Source: Clostridiales bacterium
GTDB lineage: Bacteria > Bacillota > Clostridia > Lachnospirales > Bianqueaceae
NCBI GenBank assembly: GCA_024689505.1
Contig: JAILDJ010000082.1
Coordinates: forward strand, 7,145-71,144
Length of the DNA stretch: 64,000 nucleotides
Direction of reading: 5' to 3'
Shown here: positions 17,952-27,890 of the stretch, in pieces
How the letters are laid out: every line of letters begins with the position of its first letter
Numbering within the stretch: the first letter of the stretch is position 1
Notes under the pieces: generated by a model
What the model saw: the letters and a program-made list of their open reading frames with translations, nothing else
Database searches by the model: none
Told to the model about the DNA's origin: nothing
Made by a program: the position numbers and the translations under genes

Positions 17952-19721
17952 ATGAAACGTTTATTAGCTCTTTTGTTAGCTTCTCTCATGGTCGTTTCTC
18001 TGTTCTCCGCCTGCTCCAAGAAGGCTGATGAGCCTAAGGATGAGCCCGCAAAGGAAGAGACCAAAGAAGAAACCAAAGAGGAGGAAGCTCCTGCTGAAGA
18101 AGCTCCTGCTGAAGAAGCTCCCGCAGAAGAAGGCGGCGTTCAGATGAGCGCGAACGGTGAAGTTCCGATCGTCTCCGACAAGATGGACTTCACTGTTAAC
18201 TGCCGTCAGGTTTCCAACGTTCTTGATATGCCTACCAATGAATTCGTTCTGTGGCTGGAAGATGTTACCAACATCCATATCAACTACGAAATGACTCCGG
18301 AAGATTCCATTGCTGAGAAAACGAACCTGATCCTGGCCTCCGGTCAGTATCCGGAAGCTTTCCAGTATTCCGCGATCAACACCACTCTGCAGGTTAAGTA
18401 TGGTGCTCAGGGCGCTTTCGTCGACCTGGCTCCGTACTTCGATCAGTATGGCAAGTATGTCAACGAAGCTTATGCTGCTACGACCTACCTGCCGAAGGCT
18501 ATCACCACTCCCGATGGCAACATCTATTGCATCGCCGGCGTTAACGAGTGCTATCACTGCTTCCATGCCGGCCGTTCTTGGATCAACGACGTCTGGATGC
18601 AGGATCTGAAACTTGAGACTCCTGAGACCATCGATGCACTGCATGACGTTCTGGTTGCTTTCCGTGACAACGACTGCAACGGTAACGGCGATGCTTCCGA
18701 TGAGATCCCGATGATCGGTACTGGTTACAACAACGGCACTTGGAACGGTTACACCGCTAACTGGATCCTTGAGTCTTATCACTATGATGACTACAACATG
18801 GAAACCGCGATCCGCGACGGTCATGTCACCTATGAAGCTACCACCGACGAATACAAAGAAGGCGTTGCCCTCATTCGTGACTGGGTTGCTGAAGGCCTGA
18901 TCGATAACGAATTCATGTCCATCACCGGTGATGAACTGTCTGCTATCGGTATGCAGGAAGACCCGACCATCGGTCTGGCGATCGCTGCTCTGTGGTGGCC
19001 GGCAGTTGGCCAGATGCAGATCGAAGATTCCAACGGTCTGTGGCGTGAGCGCAACTACAAGGCTCTGTCCAACGTAGAAGGCCCGCACGGCGTACGCAAC
19101 ACCCTGTCTGACACCGAAGGTATCGGCGGTAACCTGGTTATCACCTCTGCCTGCTCCGCTCCGGAAGTCATGTTCCGTTGGGCTGACTATCAGCTGTCTG
19201 ACGAAGCTTCCATCCGTGCCTATGCTGGTTCCTATGAGCACAGCGTAAGCGAGCCTGATGAAGGCGCTCTGGGTATCAACCGTGAGCCGGCTCTGTACAA
19301 GATCGAAATGGGTTCCGACCATGCTATGGCCGACACCAATGAGAACTGCGATAACGTTGCTATTTCCAACAAGTCTGGCCGTATCCGTCTTGGACAGCAG
19401 ACCGATTGGGATGATCCGGAAGCTTACTGGGATTCCGAAGCTCGTCTGTATGTTGATACCTTCGAGTACTTCGCTCCGTTCGATGCGACCGATCAGCGCG
19501 TTCCGACTCTGGTTATGAACGAGGAAGATTCCAACCTTCGTTCCGAGCTTGAGACTCCGATCCGTGACTATCAGCGTGAGTGGCTGAGCTACTTCGCTCT
19601 GGGTCAGAAGGATCTGGATGCTGACTGGGATGAGTACGTCTCCGGTTTCGATGGACTGCGTCTGCAGGAGTACGTCGAGCTGCTTGACAAGTACTATCAG
19701 ATTGAGTACGTTAACGCGTAA
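17952..19721 (+). CDS. Extracellular solute-binding lipoprotein (LplA-type, large family-1 SBP)
   Basis: Signal peptide and lipobox LFSAC|S, an acidic linker, and a 589-aa body typical of large sugar SBPs. Confidence 0.8.
   Translation: MKRLLALLLASLMVVSLFSACSKKADEPKDEPAKEETKEETKEEEAPAEEAPAEEAPAEEGGVQMSANGEVPIVSDKMDFTVNCRQVSNVLDMPTNEFVLWLEDVTNIHINYEMTPEDSIAEKTNLILASGQYPEAFQYSAINTTLQVKYGAQGAFVDLAPYFDQYGKYVNEAYAATTYLPKAITTPDGNIYCIAGVNECYHCFHAGRSWINDVWMQDLKLETPETIDALHDVLVAFRDNDCNGNGDASDEIPMIGTGYNNGTWNGYTANWILESYHYDDYNMETAIRDGHVTYEATTDEYKEGVALIRDWVAEGLIDNEFMSITGDELSAIGMQEDPTIGLAIAALWWPAVGQMQIEDSNGLWRERNYKALSNVEGPHGVRNTLSDTEGIGGNLVITSACSAPEVMFRWADYQLSDEASIRAYAGSYEHSVSEPDEGALGINREPALYKIEMGSDHAMADTNENCDNVAISNKSGRIRLGQQTDWDDPEAYWDSEARLYVDTFEYFAPFDATDQRVPTLVMNEEDSNLRSELETPIRDYQREWLSYFALGQKDLDADWDEYVSGFDGLRLQEYVELLDKYYQIEYVNA
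18084..18128 (+). repeat. Three tandem 15-bp coding repeats (EAPAE x3) in the SBP tether
   Basis: GAAGCTCCTGCTGAA occurs twice, followed by GAAGCTCCCGCAGAA. Confidence 0.9.
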
Positions 19722-19792
19722 TCAGTGATCTGAACCAAGTCATCAGACACAATCTATTCCTTAGTTTAGCTCTGGGATGCTAAACGACATTA

Positions 19793-19830
19793 GCTGCCGT
19801 ACACGATGTGTGTACGGCAGCTTTATCTCT
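19793..19830 (+). terminator. Rho-independent terminator of the ABC operon
   Basis: A perfect 12-bp stem, GCTGCCGTACAC (19793-19804) with GTGTACGGCAGC (19810-19821), followed by TTTATCTCT. A smaller hairpin lies at 19764-19785. Confidence 0.8.
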
Positions 19831-19847
19831 GTTATACAGGAGGGGAC

Positions 19848-21614
19848 TTGTCACAGACGATATTTACGGATGCACAGTTGAAAGTGATCCGTCATGCAGC
19901 AGGACCTTTGCTGGTCACTGCAGGCCCGGGATCTGGGAAAACGACGGTGCTGACCCATCGCCTGATCACCATGATCCGCGATCATAAGATCGATCCGGAA
20001 AAGATCCTTGTGATCACTTTGACACGCGCTGCGGCGGAAGAAATGCGACAGCGCTTTTTTGCGTTGATGGAAGATGAGAAACCACAGATCCTGATCGCGA
20101 CATTTCACGCGGCTTTTTTAGGCCTGCTGCGTCAGGAACACATGAAGGGCAGCATCATAACAGAAGAAGAGGCTGTGGAGTGGATCCGCGCTTTTCTGGT
20201 GGAAGAAGAGGGCTTTTCGAACACGGAAGCAGCGTTCATAGGTGAAAGGATACTGCATGGCATCAGTGCCTACCGGAATATAGGTGCATGGAAGTGTGCG
20301 CAGGAAGACGTCGGATTGTACAGCCGCACCTTACAATATTATGAGGAGACGAAACGCCTGCGTCATCGCCTTGATTTTGATGACCTTTTGATACTGATGT
20401 TAGAGAAGCTTACATCAGAACCTTCTTTTTGTGCCCAGGTGCAGGCGCGTTTTCGCTATATTCTTGTGGACGAAGCGCAGGACTGCAACCGGATCCAATA
20501 TGAGATCGTTCGAACGATCTGCCAAGAAAGCCGCAATCTGATGATGGTAGGTGATGATGATCAAAGCATCTATGGCTTCCGGGGATCTTCACCCGAATAT
20601 ATGCTGCGATTTGCCGAGGATTTCCCGGATACGACACGGGTCGATCTTTCGGTGAATTTTCGCAGCAGGCCATGTATCGTGGAAGCATCACGCCATCTGA
20701 TCTCACATAATGTCAAGCGCTTTCAAAAAGATCTGACAGCAGCATTTCCAGGACATGCAGAGATCCGAAACGAAAGCTTCCCAAATGCGCGCAGACAGGC
20801 AGGATTCCTATGCAGCGAGATCCGATCGTGGCATCGTTTGATCCCTTATGACGAAATAGCTGTTTTGTGCCGCACACGGCGCCAATTCGGCATCATTGAA
20901 CAAGAATTCCGCACAGCGCGGATCCCGTATGTGGCGGAAGCAGAGGAGCCCCTGCAGTCGGATATGGAAGAGGACTTGCGAGCCTATCTGGAATTGAGTA
21001 TCCATCCGGAGCATGCGGATGCTTTGTATCGTATCTGGAACCGTCCGCACAGGGGGATCAAGGAGGTCTATCGAGTTCCTCAAAATGAACGACCGGCTAT
21101 CGAAGAAGTGCTGAGATCTCACCCCCGGGATCCGGGACTGCGTCTTGGACTGGAAGAACTGGCTTTTCATCTGGGACGGATCAGCTGCATGGCTCCGGCA
21201 CGAGCGATCCAATATATCTGGTATCGCATGGGATATCGTTCGTATCGAAGAGATCTGCAGGAGCAGGAATGGATGCCCTGGTCGATCGTTAAAGACGCTT
21301 ATCGTATGATCCTGAAAGAGGCAGGATGTTATCAGGATATTGCAGCGTACGTATCCCGTACACCGGCACGGTATGCGGATGCTGTGCATCTGATGACGAT
21401 GCATGGTGCTAAAGGGCTGGAATTCGATGCGGTCTGGATCCCGGATCTGAATGAGGGGACTCTTCCGTTTGAAAAATCACTGCATGATATCGAAGAAGAG
21501 CGACGGATCTTCTATGTGGCTTTGACCCGCGCCCGCCGTTTTGTAAGCCTCCTGCATATCCGATCCAAGAAATCAGGCAGATATCCATCGCGTTTTTTGC
21601 GTGAGTTACAATAA
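19848..21614 (+). CDS. UvrD/Rep/PcrA-family DNA helicase (short, stand-alone)
   Basis: AGPGSGKTTVL, DEAQDCN, VGDDDQSIYGFRG, TMHGAKGLEFD and FYVALTRARR. I prefer TTG 19848, after AGGAGGGG, because ATG 19806 sits in the loop of the terminator hairpin. Confidence 0.8.
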   Translation: MSQTIFTDAQLKVIRHAAGPLLVTAGPGSGKTTVLTHRLITMIRDHKIDPEKILVITLTRAAAEEMRQRFFALMEDEKPQILIATFHAAFLGLLRQEHMKGSIITEEEAVEWIRAFLVEEEGFSNTEAAFIGERILHGISAYRNIGAWKCAQEDVGLYSRTLQYYEETKRLRHRLDFDDLLILMLEKLTSEPSFCAQVQARFRYILVDEAQDCNRIQYEIVRTICQESRNLMMVGDDDQSIYGFRGSSPEYMLRFAEDFPDTTRVDLSVNFRSRPCIVEASRHLISHNVKRFQKDLTAAFPGHAEIRNESFPNARRQAGFLCSEIRSWHRLIPYDEIAVLCRTRRQFGIIEQEFRTARIPYVAEAEEPLQSDMEEDLRAYLELSIHPEHADALYRIWNRPHRGIKEVYRVPQNERPAIEEVLRSHPRDPGLRLGLEELAFHLGRISCMAPARAIQYIWYRMGYRSYRRDLQEQEWMPWSIVKDAYRMILKEAGCYQDIAAYVSRTPARYADAVHLMTMHGAKGLEFDAVWIPDLNEGTLPFEKSLHDIEEERRIFYVALTRARRFVSLLHIRSKKSGRYPSRFLRELQ

Positions 21615-21682
21615 ATTCTTTTATTTTCTACGAAGATGGTGTATAATAGACTCGATATAGTTTCTTCAAGCGAGGTTTAGAA

Positions 21683-23314
21683 ATGAGCAAGACAAAAAAT
21701 AAAAAACAGAAAAAACATACCAGTTTAAAGATCTTGGTCACATTGCTCGTCCTTTGCGTGTTGGCCGTAGCCGGTCTCGCCGGATACAATGCTTGGCAGA
21801 ACATGAAAAACAAGCAGGAGGCTGAACGCGAGCAGACGGAGCGAGAGGCCCAGTATCAGAAGGAAGCTGCCGCCATGCAGAGCGTCTATAAGCAATGGGC
21901 GGAGACTGTCGATCAGGACACCATCTACGAAGGCGTTACCGCCATGGGCATCGATCTGAGCGGCATGACGGAAGAAGAGGCCAAAGAGGCACTCGATGCG
22001 TATTATGACGAAACGGTCCTCAGCAAGAAGATCGTGCTGACCTATAAGGGCAAGACGTGGGAATACACTTATGCGGATCTGGGTTATTCCGCGGATACTG
22101 GGGATATCGCCGCGGCGGCGTACGCGGTCTGCCGTGAGGGTTCCGTCCGCGAACGGTATAATGAGATCACAGCGCTTAAAGCCGAACCGGTCGATCTTCT
22201 CCTTTCCGACGATTATGATGCTTCGACCATCGACGATATCTTAGGTGCTATCGCGGAGGAGATCTACGTAAAGCCCAAAGATGCGGAGATCGATTATTCC
22301 GATGGCAATTTCAACATCACCAAAGAAGTCGTCGGTTATAAGCTGAACAAGAAAAAGACCAAAAAGAACCTGCAGGAAAAACTGCAGGAAGGCGGAGATA
22401 TCGAGCTGAAGCTCTCCGTCAAGAAAGTACAGCCGGAAAAGACGGAGAAGCAGTTGAAAGAGATCAGCGACGTGCTGGGTTCCTTCAGTACGTATTATGA
22501 TCTGTACAACGAAGGCCGTAATACCAACCTGGAAGTGGGAAGCGGCAGAGTCACCGGCACCATGCTCATGCCGGGCGAAGAGTTCAATTTCAACGAAACT
22601 GTCTCTCCGGTCGATTATGCCTCCGGTTATATGGATGCCAGCACCATCGTCAATGGCGAGTATGTTCCGGGCATTGGCGGGGGTCTGTGCCAGGTGTCGA
22701 CGACGTTGTACAACGCTGTCATCCGGGCAGAACTGGAGGTCACGGAACGTTGGGAGCATGCCTATGATCCGGGTTATGTACCGAACGGCCTGGATGCGGC
22801 CATCTACGTCGGCGGCATCAATTTCCGGTTCAAGAATTCCACGGAATATCCGATATTCCTCGTAATGGGAGCCGGTGGCGGAGAGCTGTGGGCGAAGGTC
22901 TATGGCCATGAGACCAGGGATCCGTCCCGCACCATCAGCTTTGAAAACGAGAAGACCGGGACCATCGAGAAACCGAAGCCGATCTACACAGATGACGACA
23001 GTATGTACGAGGGTGAGGAAGAGATCACATCCCGCGGTCATGAAGGTTCTACGTACGATGTATATAAGATCGTGACGGAAAATGGAGTGACGACTTCCGA
23101 GTATTTCAGCCACAGTGAATATAATGCTTCTCCGGATAAGATCACTCGCGGCACCAAGAAGAAAAAGGAAGAAAGCTCCAAAAAGAAGAAGAAGAAAGCA
23201 GAATCTTCAGAGGAAGAGTCCGAGGAAGAATCAGAAGAAGAGTCAGAGGAGACCGAGCCGGAATCCGAACCGGAGACCGATCCGGATGCAGTACCCGACG
23301 AGCCTGAAGGATAA
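21683..23314 (+). CDS. VanW-family protein with an N-terminal membrane anchor, a G5-like region and a charged low-complexity tail
   Basis: TM segment LKILVTLLVLCVLAVAGLAG. VanW core GGGLCQVSTTLYNAV...WEHAYDPGYVPNGLDAAIY. The tail is KKKKEESSKKKKKKAESSEEESEEESEEESEE. Confidence 0.75.
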   Translation: MSKTKNKKQKKHTSLKILVTLLVLCVLAVAGLAGYNAWQNMKNKQEAEREQTEREAQYQKEAAAMQSVYKQWAETVDQDTIYEGVTAMGIDLSGMTEEEAKEALDAYYDETVLSKKIVLTYKGKTWEYTYADLGYSADTGDIAAAAYAVCREGSVRERYNEITALKAEPVDLLLSDDYDASTIDDILGAIAEEIYVKPKDAEIDYSDGNFNITKEVVGYKLNKKKTKKNLQEKLQEGGDIELKLSVKKVQPEKTEKQLKEISDVLGSFSTYYDLYNEGRNTNLEVGSGRVTGTMLMPGEEFNFNETVSPVDYASGYMDASTIVNGEYVPGIGGGLCQVSTTLYNAVIRAELEVTERWEHAYDPGYVPNGLDAAIYVGGINFRFKNSTEYPIFLVMGAGGGELWAKVYGHETRDPSRTISFENEKTGTIEKPKPIYTDDDSMYEGEEEITSRGHEGSTYDVYKIVTENGVTTSEYFSHSEYNASPDKITRGTKKKKEESSKKKKKKAESSEEESEEESEEESEETEPESEPETDPDAVPDEPEG

Positions 23315-23328
23315 GGAGAGAGTTTGAT

Positions 23329-23811
23329 ATGAGAGAAGAGATCCTGCGCGTCATGGATAAAAATGCGCGCATCACCGTTACAGATCTTGCTACGATCCTG
23401 GATACTCCAGAAGAGGAGATCAGCCGCGAGATCACCGATATGGAGCGCGAAAAGATCATCTATGGCTACCACACTATGATCGACTGGGACCGCACCAATG
23501 ATGAGCACGTCCTTGCGTTGATCGAAGTTCGGGTGACGCCCCAGCGTGATCAAGGTTTTGATGCCGTGGCAGAGCGCATCTATCGTTTTGACGAAGTGTC
23601 CTCTGTATATCTGATGAGCGGTGCGTTCGATCTGATGGTCATCGTCGAAGGTAAGACGATGAAAGAGGTGGCGCTGTTCGTGGCCCGCCGTCTGGCGGTC
23701 CTGGACTACGTCCTGAGCACTTCCACCAACTTTGTCCTTAAGAAATATAAGGAGAACGGAATGGTCCTTGCGGACGAGAAAAAGGATGAGAGGATCATCG
23801 TATCAGCATGA
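23329..23811 (+). CDS. Lrp/AsnC-family transcriptional regulator
   Basis: 160 aa with an N-terminal HTH (ARITVTDLATILDTPEEEI) and a C-terminal RAM-like domain (VYLMSGAFDLMVIVEG). Confidence 0.8.
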   Translation: MREEILRVMDKNARITVTDLATILDTPEEEISREITDMEREKIIYGYHTMIDWDRTNDEHVLALIEVRVTPQRDQGFDAVAERIYRFDEVSSVYLMSGAFDLMVIVEGKTMKEVALFVARRLAVLDYVLSTSTNFVLKKYKENGMVLADEKKDERIIVSA

Positions 23812-24977
23812 GAAAATATATCAATTCGAAGCTGGAAGGCCTTGCGCCTTCCGGCATTCGTCGTTTTTTTGACATTGCCAGCGAGATGGATCACGTCATC
23901 TCTCTGGGTGTGGGTGAGCCTGATTTTGACACGCCCTGGAAGATCCGGGAGGCCGGTATCTATTCGATCGAGCAGGGGCGGACCATCTATACGGCCAATG
24001 CCGGTTTGAAGCGCCTTCGTGAGGAGATCGGTATCTATGTAAAGCGTAAATACAACCTGGAATATGATCCGCAGCATGAGATCCTGGTCACTGTTGGCGG
24101 CAGCGAGGCCATCGACGTCGGGCTGCGTGCCATACTGGAGCCAGGGGATGAGGTCTTGATCCCTGAACCGTGCTTCGTCTGTTATGCCCCATGTACCTTG
24201 ATGGCCGGCGGCGTCCCAGTACCGGTACCATTAAGTGAAAAGAACGAATTCAAACTGACACCTGAAGACATCTTGTCGCACGTCACGGAGCGGACCAAAG
24301 TCTTGATCTTCCCGTTCCCCAACAACCCCACCGGCGCTGTCATGGAACGACGGGATCTGGAAAAGGTGCGGCAGCTCATCATCGATCTGGATCTGTTCGT
24401 CATCTCTGACGAGATCTATGCGGAACTGACCTATGGGGATGAGAGACATGTTTCTATCGGCTCGCTGCCGGGCATGCGGGAGCGGACGCTGGTCATCAAT
24501 GGATTCTCCAAGACCTTTTCTATGACAGGATGGCGTCTGGGATATGCGGTCGGCCCTGAGGATCTGATCACCCAGATGGTTAAGCTGCATCAATACGCCA
24601 TCATGTGCGCACCAACACTCAGTCAGTATGCGGCGATCGAAGCTTTGACCGGAGCAGACCAGGAAGTGGAGGAGATGCGCACAGAGTATAATCATAGACG
24701 CCGTCTGGTCCTGAAACTTTTGAAAGATATGGGCGTGCCATGCTTCGAGCCCAAAGGCGCGTTTTATGTATTTCCGAACATCAGTCAGTTTGGCCTGACT
24801 TCGGAAGAATTTTGTGAACAATTGTTATACAAAAAGCATGTAGCCGTTGTTCCGGGTTCTGCCTTCGGCGCGAGCGGCGAGGGATTTGTCCGTATTTCTT
24901 ATGCATATAGCATGCAGCAATTGAAAACGGCACTATCGCTGATGCGTGAGTTTACCGAGGAACTGTCTGGGAGATAA
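23808..24977 (+). CDS. Class I/II PLP-dependent aminotransferase (aspartate/aromatic type)
   Basis: 389 aa with PNNPTG and the PLP-lysine context NGFSKTFSMTGWRLGY. It overlaps the Lrp gene by 4 nt. Confidence 0.85.
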   Translation: MRKYINSKLEGLAPSGIRRFFDIASEMDHVISLGVGEPDFDTPWKIREAGIYSIEQGRTIYTANAGLKRLREEIGIYVKRKYNLEYDPQHEILVTVGGSEAIDVGLRAILEPGDEVLIPEPCFVCYAPCTLMAGGVPVPVPLSEKNEFKLTPEDILSHVTERTKVLIFPFPNNPTGAVMERRDLEKVRQLIIDLDLFVISDEIYAELTYGDERHVSIGSLPGMRERTLVINGFSKTFSMTGWRLGYAVGPEDLITQMVKLHQYAIMCAPTLSQYAAIEALTGADQEVEEMRTEYNHRRRLVLKLLKDMGVPCFEPKGAFYVFPNISQFGLTSEEFCEQLLYKKHVAVVPGSAFGASGEGFVRISYAYSMQQLKTALSLMREFTEELSGR

Positions 24978-24983
24978 GAGGGC

Positions 24984-25478
24984 ATGAATATCGTACTGCA
25001 CGAACCCGAGATCCCGCAGAATACCGGCAATATCGCAAGGACCTGTGCCTGCACAGGCAGTACCCTGCACTTGATCGAACCGTTGGGCTTTTCCATCGAT
25101 GAAAAACATGTGCGGCGAGCCGGCCTGGACTACTGGTCCGACGTCGAGATCCGGACATACCATGATTTTGATGATTTCATCCGACAGAACCCGGGGATCC
25201 GCTTGTTTTTAGCGTCCACCAAGGCGCCGCGCCGTTACACGGACGTCCAGTATCAGCCGGATGATTTTATCATGTTTGGGAAAGAGACAGCCGGCATCCC
25301 GGAAGAGATCCTGCAAAGCCATCAGGAAGGCTGCATCCGTATTCCTATGCTGGAGCATTTCCGTTCTCTGAACTTGTCCAACTCGGTCGCGATCGTGTTG
25401 TATGAAGCGCTCCGTCAGCTGGATTTTGTCGGTATGCAGGACAAAGGATCGCCCAGGACGTTCTCCTGGGATCGATAA
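24984..25478 (+). CDS. trmL: tRNA (cytidine/uridine-2'-O)-methyltransferase TrmL (SpoU family)
   Basis: 164 aa. MNIVLHEPEIPQNTGNIARTCA, FGKETAGIP and SLNLSNSVAIVLYEA. Confidence 0.85.
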   Translation: MNIVLHEPEIPQNTGNIARTCACTGSTLHLIEPLGFSIDEKHVRRAGLDYWSDVEIRTYHDFDDFIRQNPGIRLFLASTKAPRRYTDVQYQPDDFIMFGKETAGIPEEILQSHQEGCIRIPMLEHFRSLNLSNSVAIVLYEALRQLDFVGMQDKGSPRTFSWDR

Positions 25479-25485
25479 TGCAACT

Positions 25486-27879
25486 ATGGAAGAAAAATAT
25501 CTTAAAAAACTTGAATATGATAAGGTGATCGGTAAATTGGCCGATCATGCCGTATCCGCTCCTGGCCGGGCACTGTGTCTGGCGTTGGAACCTTCGGACA
25601 ACATCTACGAGATCCGGCGGTGGCAGAGAGAGACTTCGGAAGCCTTTACATTACTGGTATCTCGTGGCCGCCCTGTTTTTTCCGGCCTCAAGGATATCCG
25701 CCAGAGCGTGGAACGCACGGCCAAAGGTGCGATCCTGACCATGGGAGAACTCCTGGATATTGCAGGGCTTCTTTCGGGTACGGAAATGATGAAGACCTAC
25801 GGTAAACATGTGCGGGAAGATGAATCTTATCCATGCCTGGATCCGATCTTTATGGGGCTGAATCCGTTGAATGCTGTAGAGCGTGAGATCCGCAGGTGCA
25901 TCGCCTCTGAAGAGGAGATGTTCGATCATGCCAGCCCCAAACTGGCATCCATCCGCAAGGAGATCCGCATCAACCAGGAGCGTGTGCGCTCGCATCTGCA
26001 GGGGATGCTGCATTCCGCAACGTATCGCACGATGCTGCAGGATGCGGTCATAACCCAACGCAATGGACGGTATTGCATTCCGGTCAAGGCGGAATACAAA
26101 GGCAATGTGCCAGGCATGGTACACGACCAGTCCGGCTCCGGGTCCACCGTATTCGTCGAACCCATGGCGGTGGTCCAGCTGAACAACCGGGCGACAGAAC
26201 TTGCGCTGGAAGAGGAAAAAGAGATCCGCCGCATCCTGGCGGAACTGAGTGATCTGGTCCACGGCGCTGCGTCAGAATTGCTGGCCGATCTGGATCTGCT
26301 CGTACAATTGGATTTCTTGTTCGCGAAAGCTAAACTGGCTTTGGATCAAAATGCAGTCGAACCGGTCTTTGGAGAAACGATGGAGATCGAGCTCAAAAAT
26401 GCGAGACATCCATTGCTGAAACAGAGCAGTGTCGTTCCCATCACGATCTATATCGGACAAGGCTTTACGACACTTGTTGTGACAGGCCCGAATACGGGCG
26501 GTAAAACTGTCACATTGAAAACCCTGGGTCTTCTGCAGGCCATGGGTCAGGCAGGGCTGCATATCCCTGCGTCCGGGCAGCCAAAGCTGTCGGTTCTGGA
26601 CCAGATCTTCGCAGATATCGGCGATGAGCAGAGTATCGAGCAATCCTTGAGCACCTTCTCTTCCCATATGGTCAATATCGTGGAGATCCTGAAAAAAGTC
26701 ACACCGTTCTCGCTCGTTTTGTTCGATGAGTTAGGTGCGGGTACAGATCCGGTCGAGGGTGCTGCCCTGGCAAATGCCATTTTGGAGTATCTGAGGACCC
26801 GAAAGATCTTAACCGTCGCGACGACCCATTACAGCGAACTGAAGGTATACGCGCTGTCCACGGAGGGTGTTGAGAATGCCAGCTGTGAGTTCGATGTGGA
26901 TACTCTGCAGCCGACCTACCGTTTGCTGATCGGCGTACCTGGCAAGAGCAATGCCTTTGCCATTTCCCGCCGCCTGGGACTGTCCGAAGAGATCATCGAG
27001 CACGCGGGAGACCTGTTGGAATCCAATGACGTCCAGTTCGAGGAAATGATGACCGATCTGGAACTGCGCCGCAGAGCTCAGGAGGAAGAGCAGGCTCGGA
27101 TCGAAAATCTGCGCAAAGAAGCGGATCGCCTGAAGCATCAGGTGGAAAGCGAGAAGCGCACCCTGGACGATCAGAAAGAAGCGATTCTGCAAAAGGCCCG
27201 AGAAGAAGCCAGAGATGTGCTTCAGAAGGCGAAAGCCGAAGCGGACGAAACGCTTAGAGAAATGAACCGCCTGATCCGGGAAGGACAGACGGTGGATATC
27301 CGTACGTTGGAGCAGATGCGTACCCGTCTCAGAGAAGAGGCGGATAAAGCCCGCAAACAATCCGAAAAAGAAGATACAGGCGCTGTGCGTCAGATCCGTC
27401 CGGAGGATCTGAGACCTGGTGTCCAGATCAAAATGAAGGGCTTCGACCAAATCTGCACGGTGCAGCAAGCGCCGGACAATCGAGGCCGCCTGATGATCCA
27501 GGCAGGCATCATGAAGATGCAGATCAAGGTCAGTGACGTGGAAAGCATCGAGGGAGAAGAAGCAGCACCGGGGCCGAAAACCTCTGGAGGCAAAGGCACC
27601 AGTGCCGGATCCTTCGGCAAGGCCCAGTCGATCCACCTGGAGGTCGACCTGCGTGGTATGACTACAGAAGAAGCGCTCTCCGTTCTGGACAAATACTTGG
27701 ATGATGCCTATCTCGCCGGTGTACCGAAGGTGACTGTCATCCACGGCAAAGGTACCGGTGTACTGCGTAAAGCCTGTCAGCAGTTTCTGAAACGCTCCAA
27801 GCTGGTCCGCTCTTATCGCCTCGGTACATATGGCGAGGGTGAATCCGGCGTGACCATCGTCGAAATGAAAGGCCACTGA
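25486..27879 (+). CDS. mutS2: Endonuclease MutS2
   Basis: Walker A GPNTGGKTV, DELGAGTDP, a coiled-coil middle region and a C-terminal Smr domain (EVDLRGMTTEEA...VIHGKGTG). The start is ATG 25486; the ORF-track start at 25402 overlaps trmL. Confidence 0.9.
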   Translation: MEEKYLKKLEYDKVIGKLADHAVSAPGRALCLALEPSDNIYEIRRWQRETSEAFTLLVSRGRPVFSGLKDIRQSVERTAKGAILTMGELLDIAGLLSGTEMMKTYGKHVREDESYPCLDPIFMGLNPLNAVEREIRRCIASEEEMFDHASPKLASIRKEIRINQERVRSHLQGMLHSATYRTMLQDAVITQRNGRYCIPVKAEYKGNVPGMVHDQSGSGSTVFVEPMAVVQLNNRATELALEEEKEIRRILAELSDLVHGAASELLADLDLLVQLDFLFAKAKLALDQNAVEPVFGETMEIELKNARHPLLKQSSVVPITIYIGQGFTTLVVTGPNTGGKTVTLKTLGLLQAMGQAGLHIPASGQPKLSVLDQIFADIGDEQSIEQSLSTFSSHMVNIVEILKKVTPFSLVLFDELGAGTDPVEGAALANAILEYLRTRKILTVATTHYSELKVYALSTEGVENASCEFDVDTLQPTYRLLIGVPGKSNAFAISRRLGLSEEIIEHAGDLLESNDVQFEEMMTDLELRRRAQEEEQARIENLRKEADRLKHQVESEKRTLDDQKEAILQKAREEARDVLQKAKAEADETLREMNRLIREGQTVDIRTLEQMRTRLREEADKARKQSEKEDTGAVRQIRPEDLRPGVQIKMKGFDQICTVQQAPDNRGRLMIQAGIMKMQIKVSDVESIEGEEAAPGPKTSGGKGTSAGSFGKAQSIHLEVDLRGMTTEEALSVLDKYLDDAYLAGVPKVTVIHGKGTGVLRKACQQFLKRSKLVRSYRLGTYGEGESGVTIVEMKGH

Positions 27880-27890
27880 AAGGAGAGATT

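Noticed and set aside
18084-18128. Short tandem repeats here and at 23150-23300, considered as a possible CRISPR or other non-coding repeat array.
   Set aside because: They lie in-frame inside coding sequences (the SBP tether and the VanW tail) and encode low-complexity acidic or basic peptide. There are no spacers, and unit lengths of 15 bp and 9-12 bp are incompatible with CRISPR.
19806-19847. The ATG at 19806 as the helicase start.
   Set aside because: It lies within the loop of the upstream terminator hairpin and has no SD. The TTG at 19848 with AGGAGGGG is preferred.
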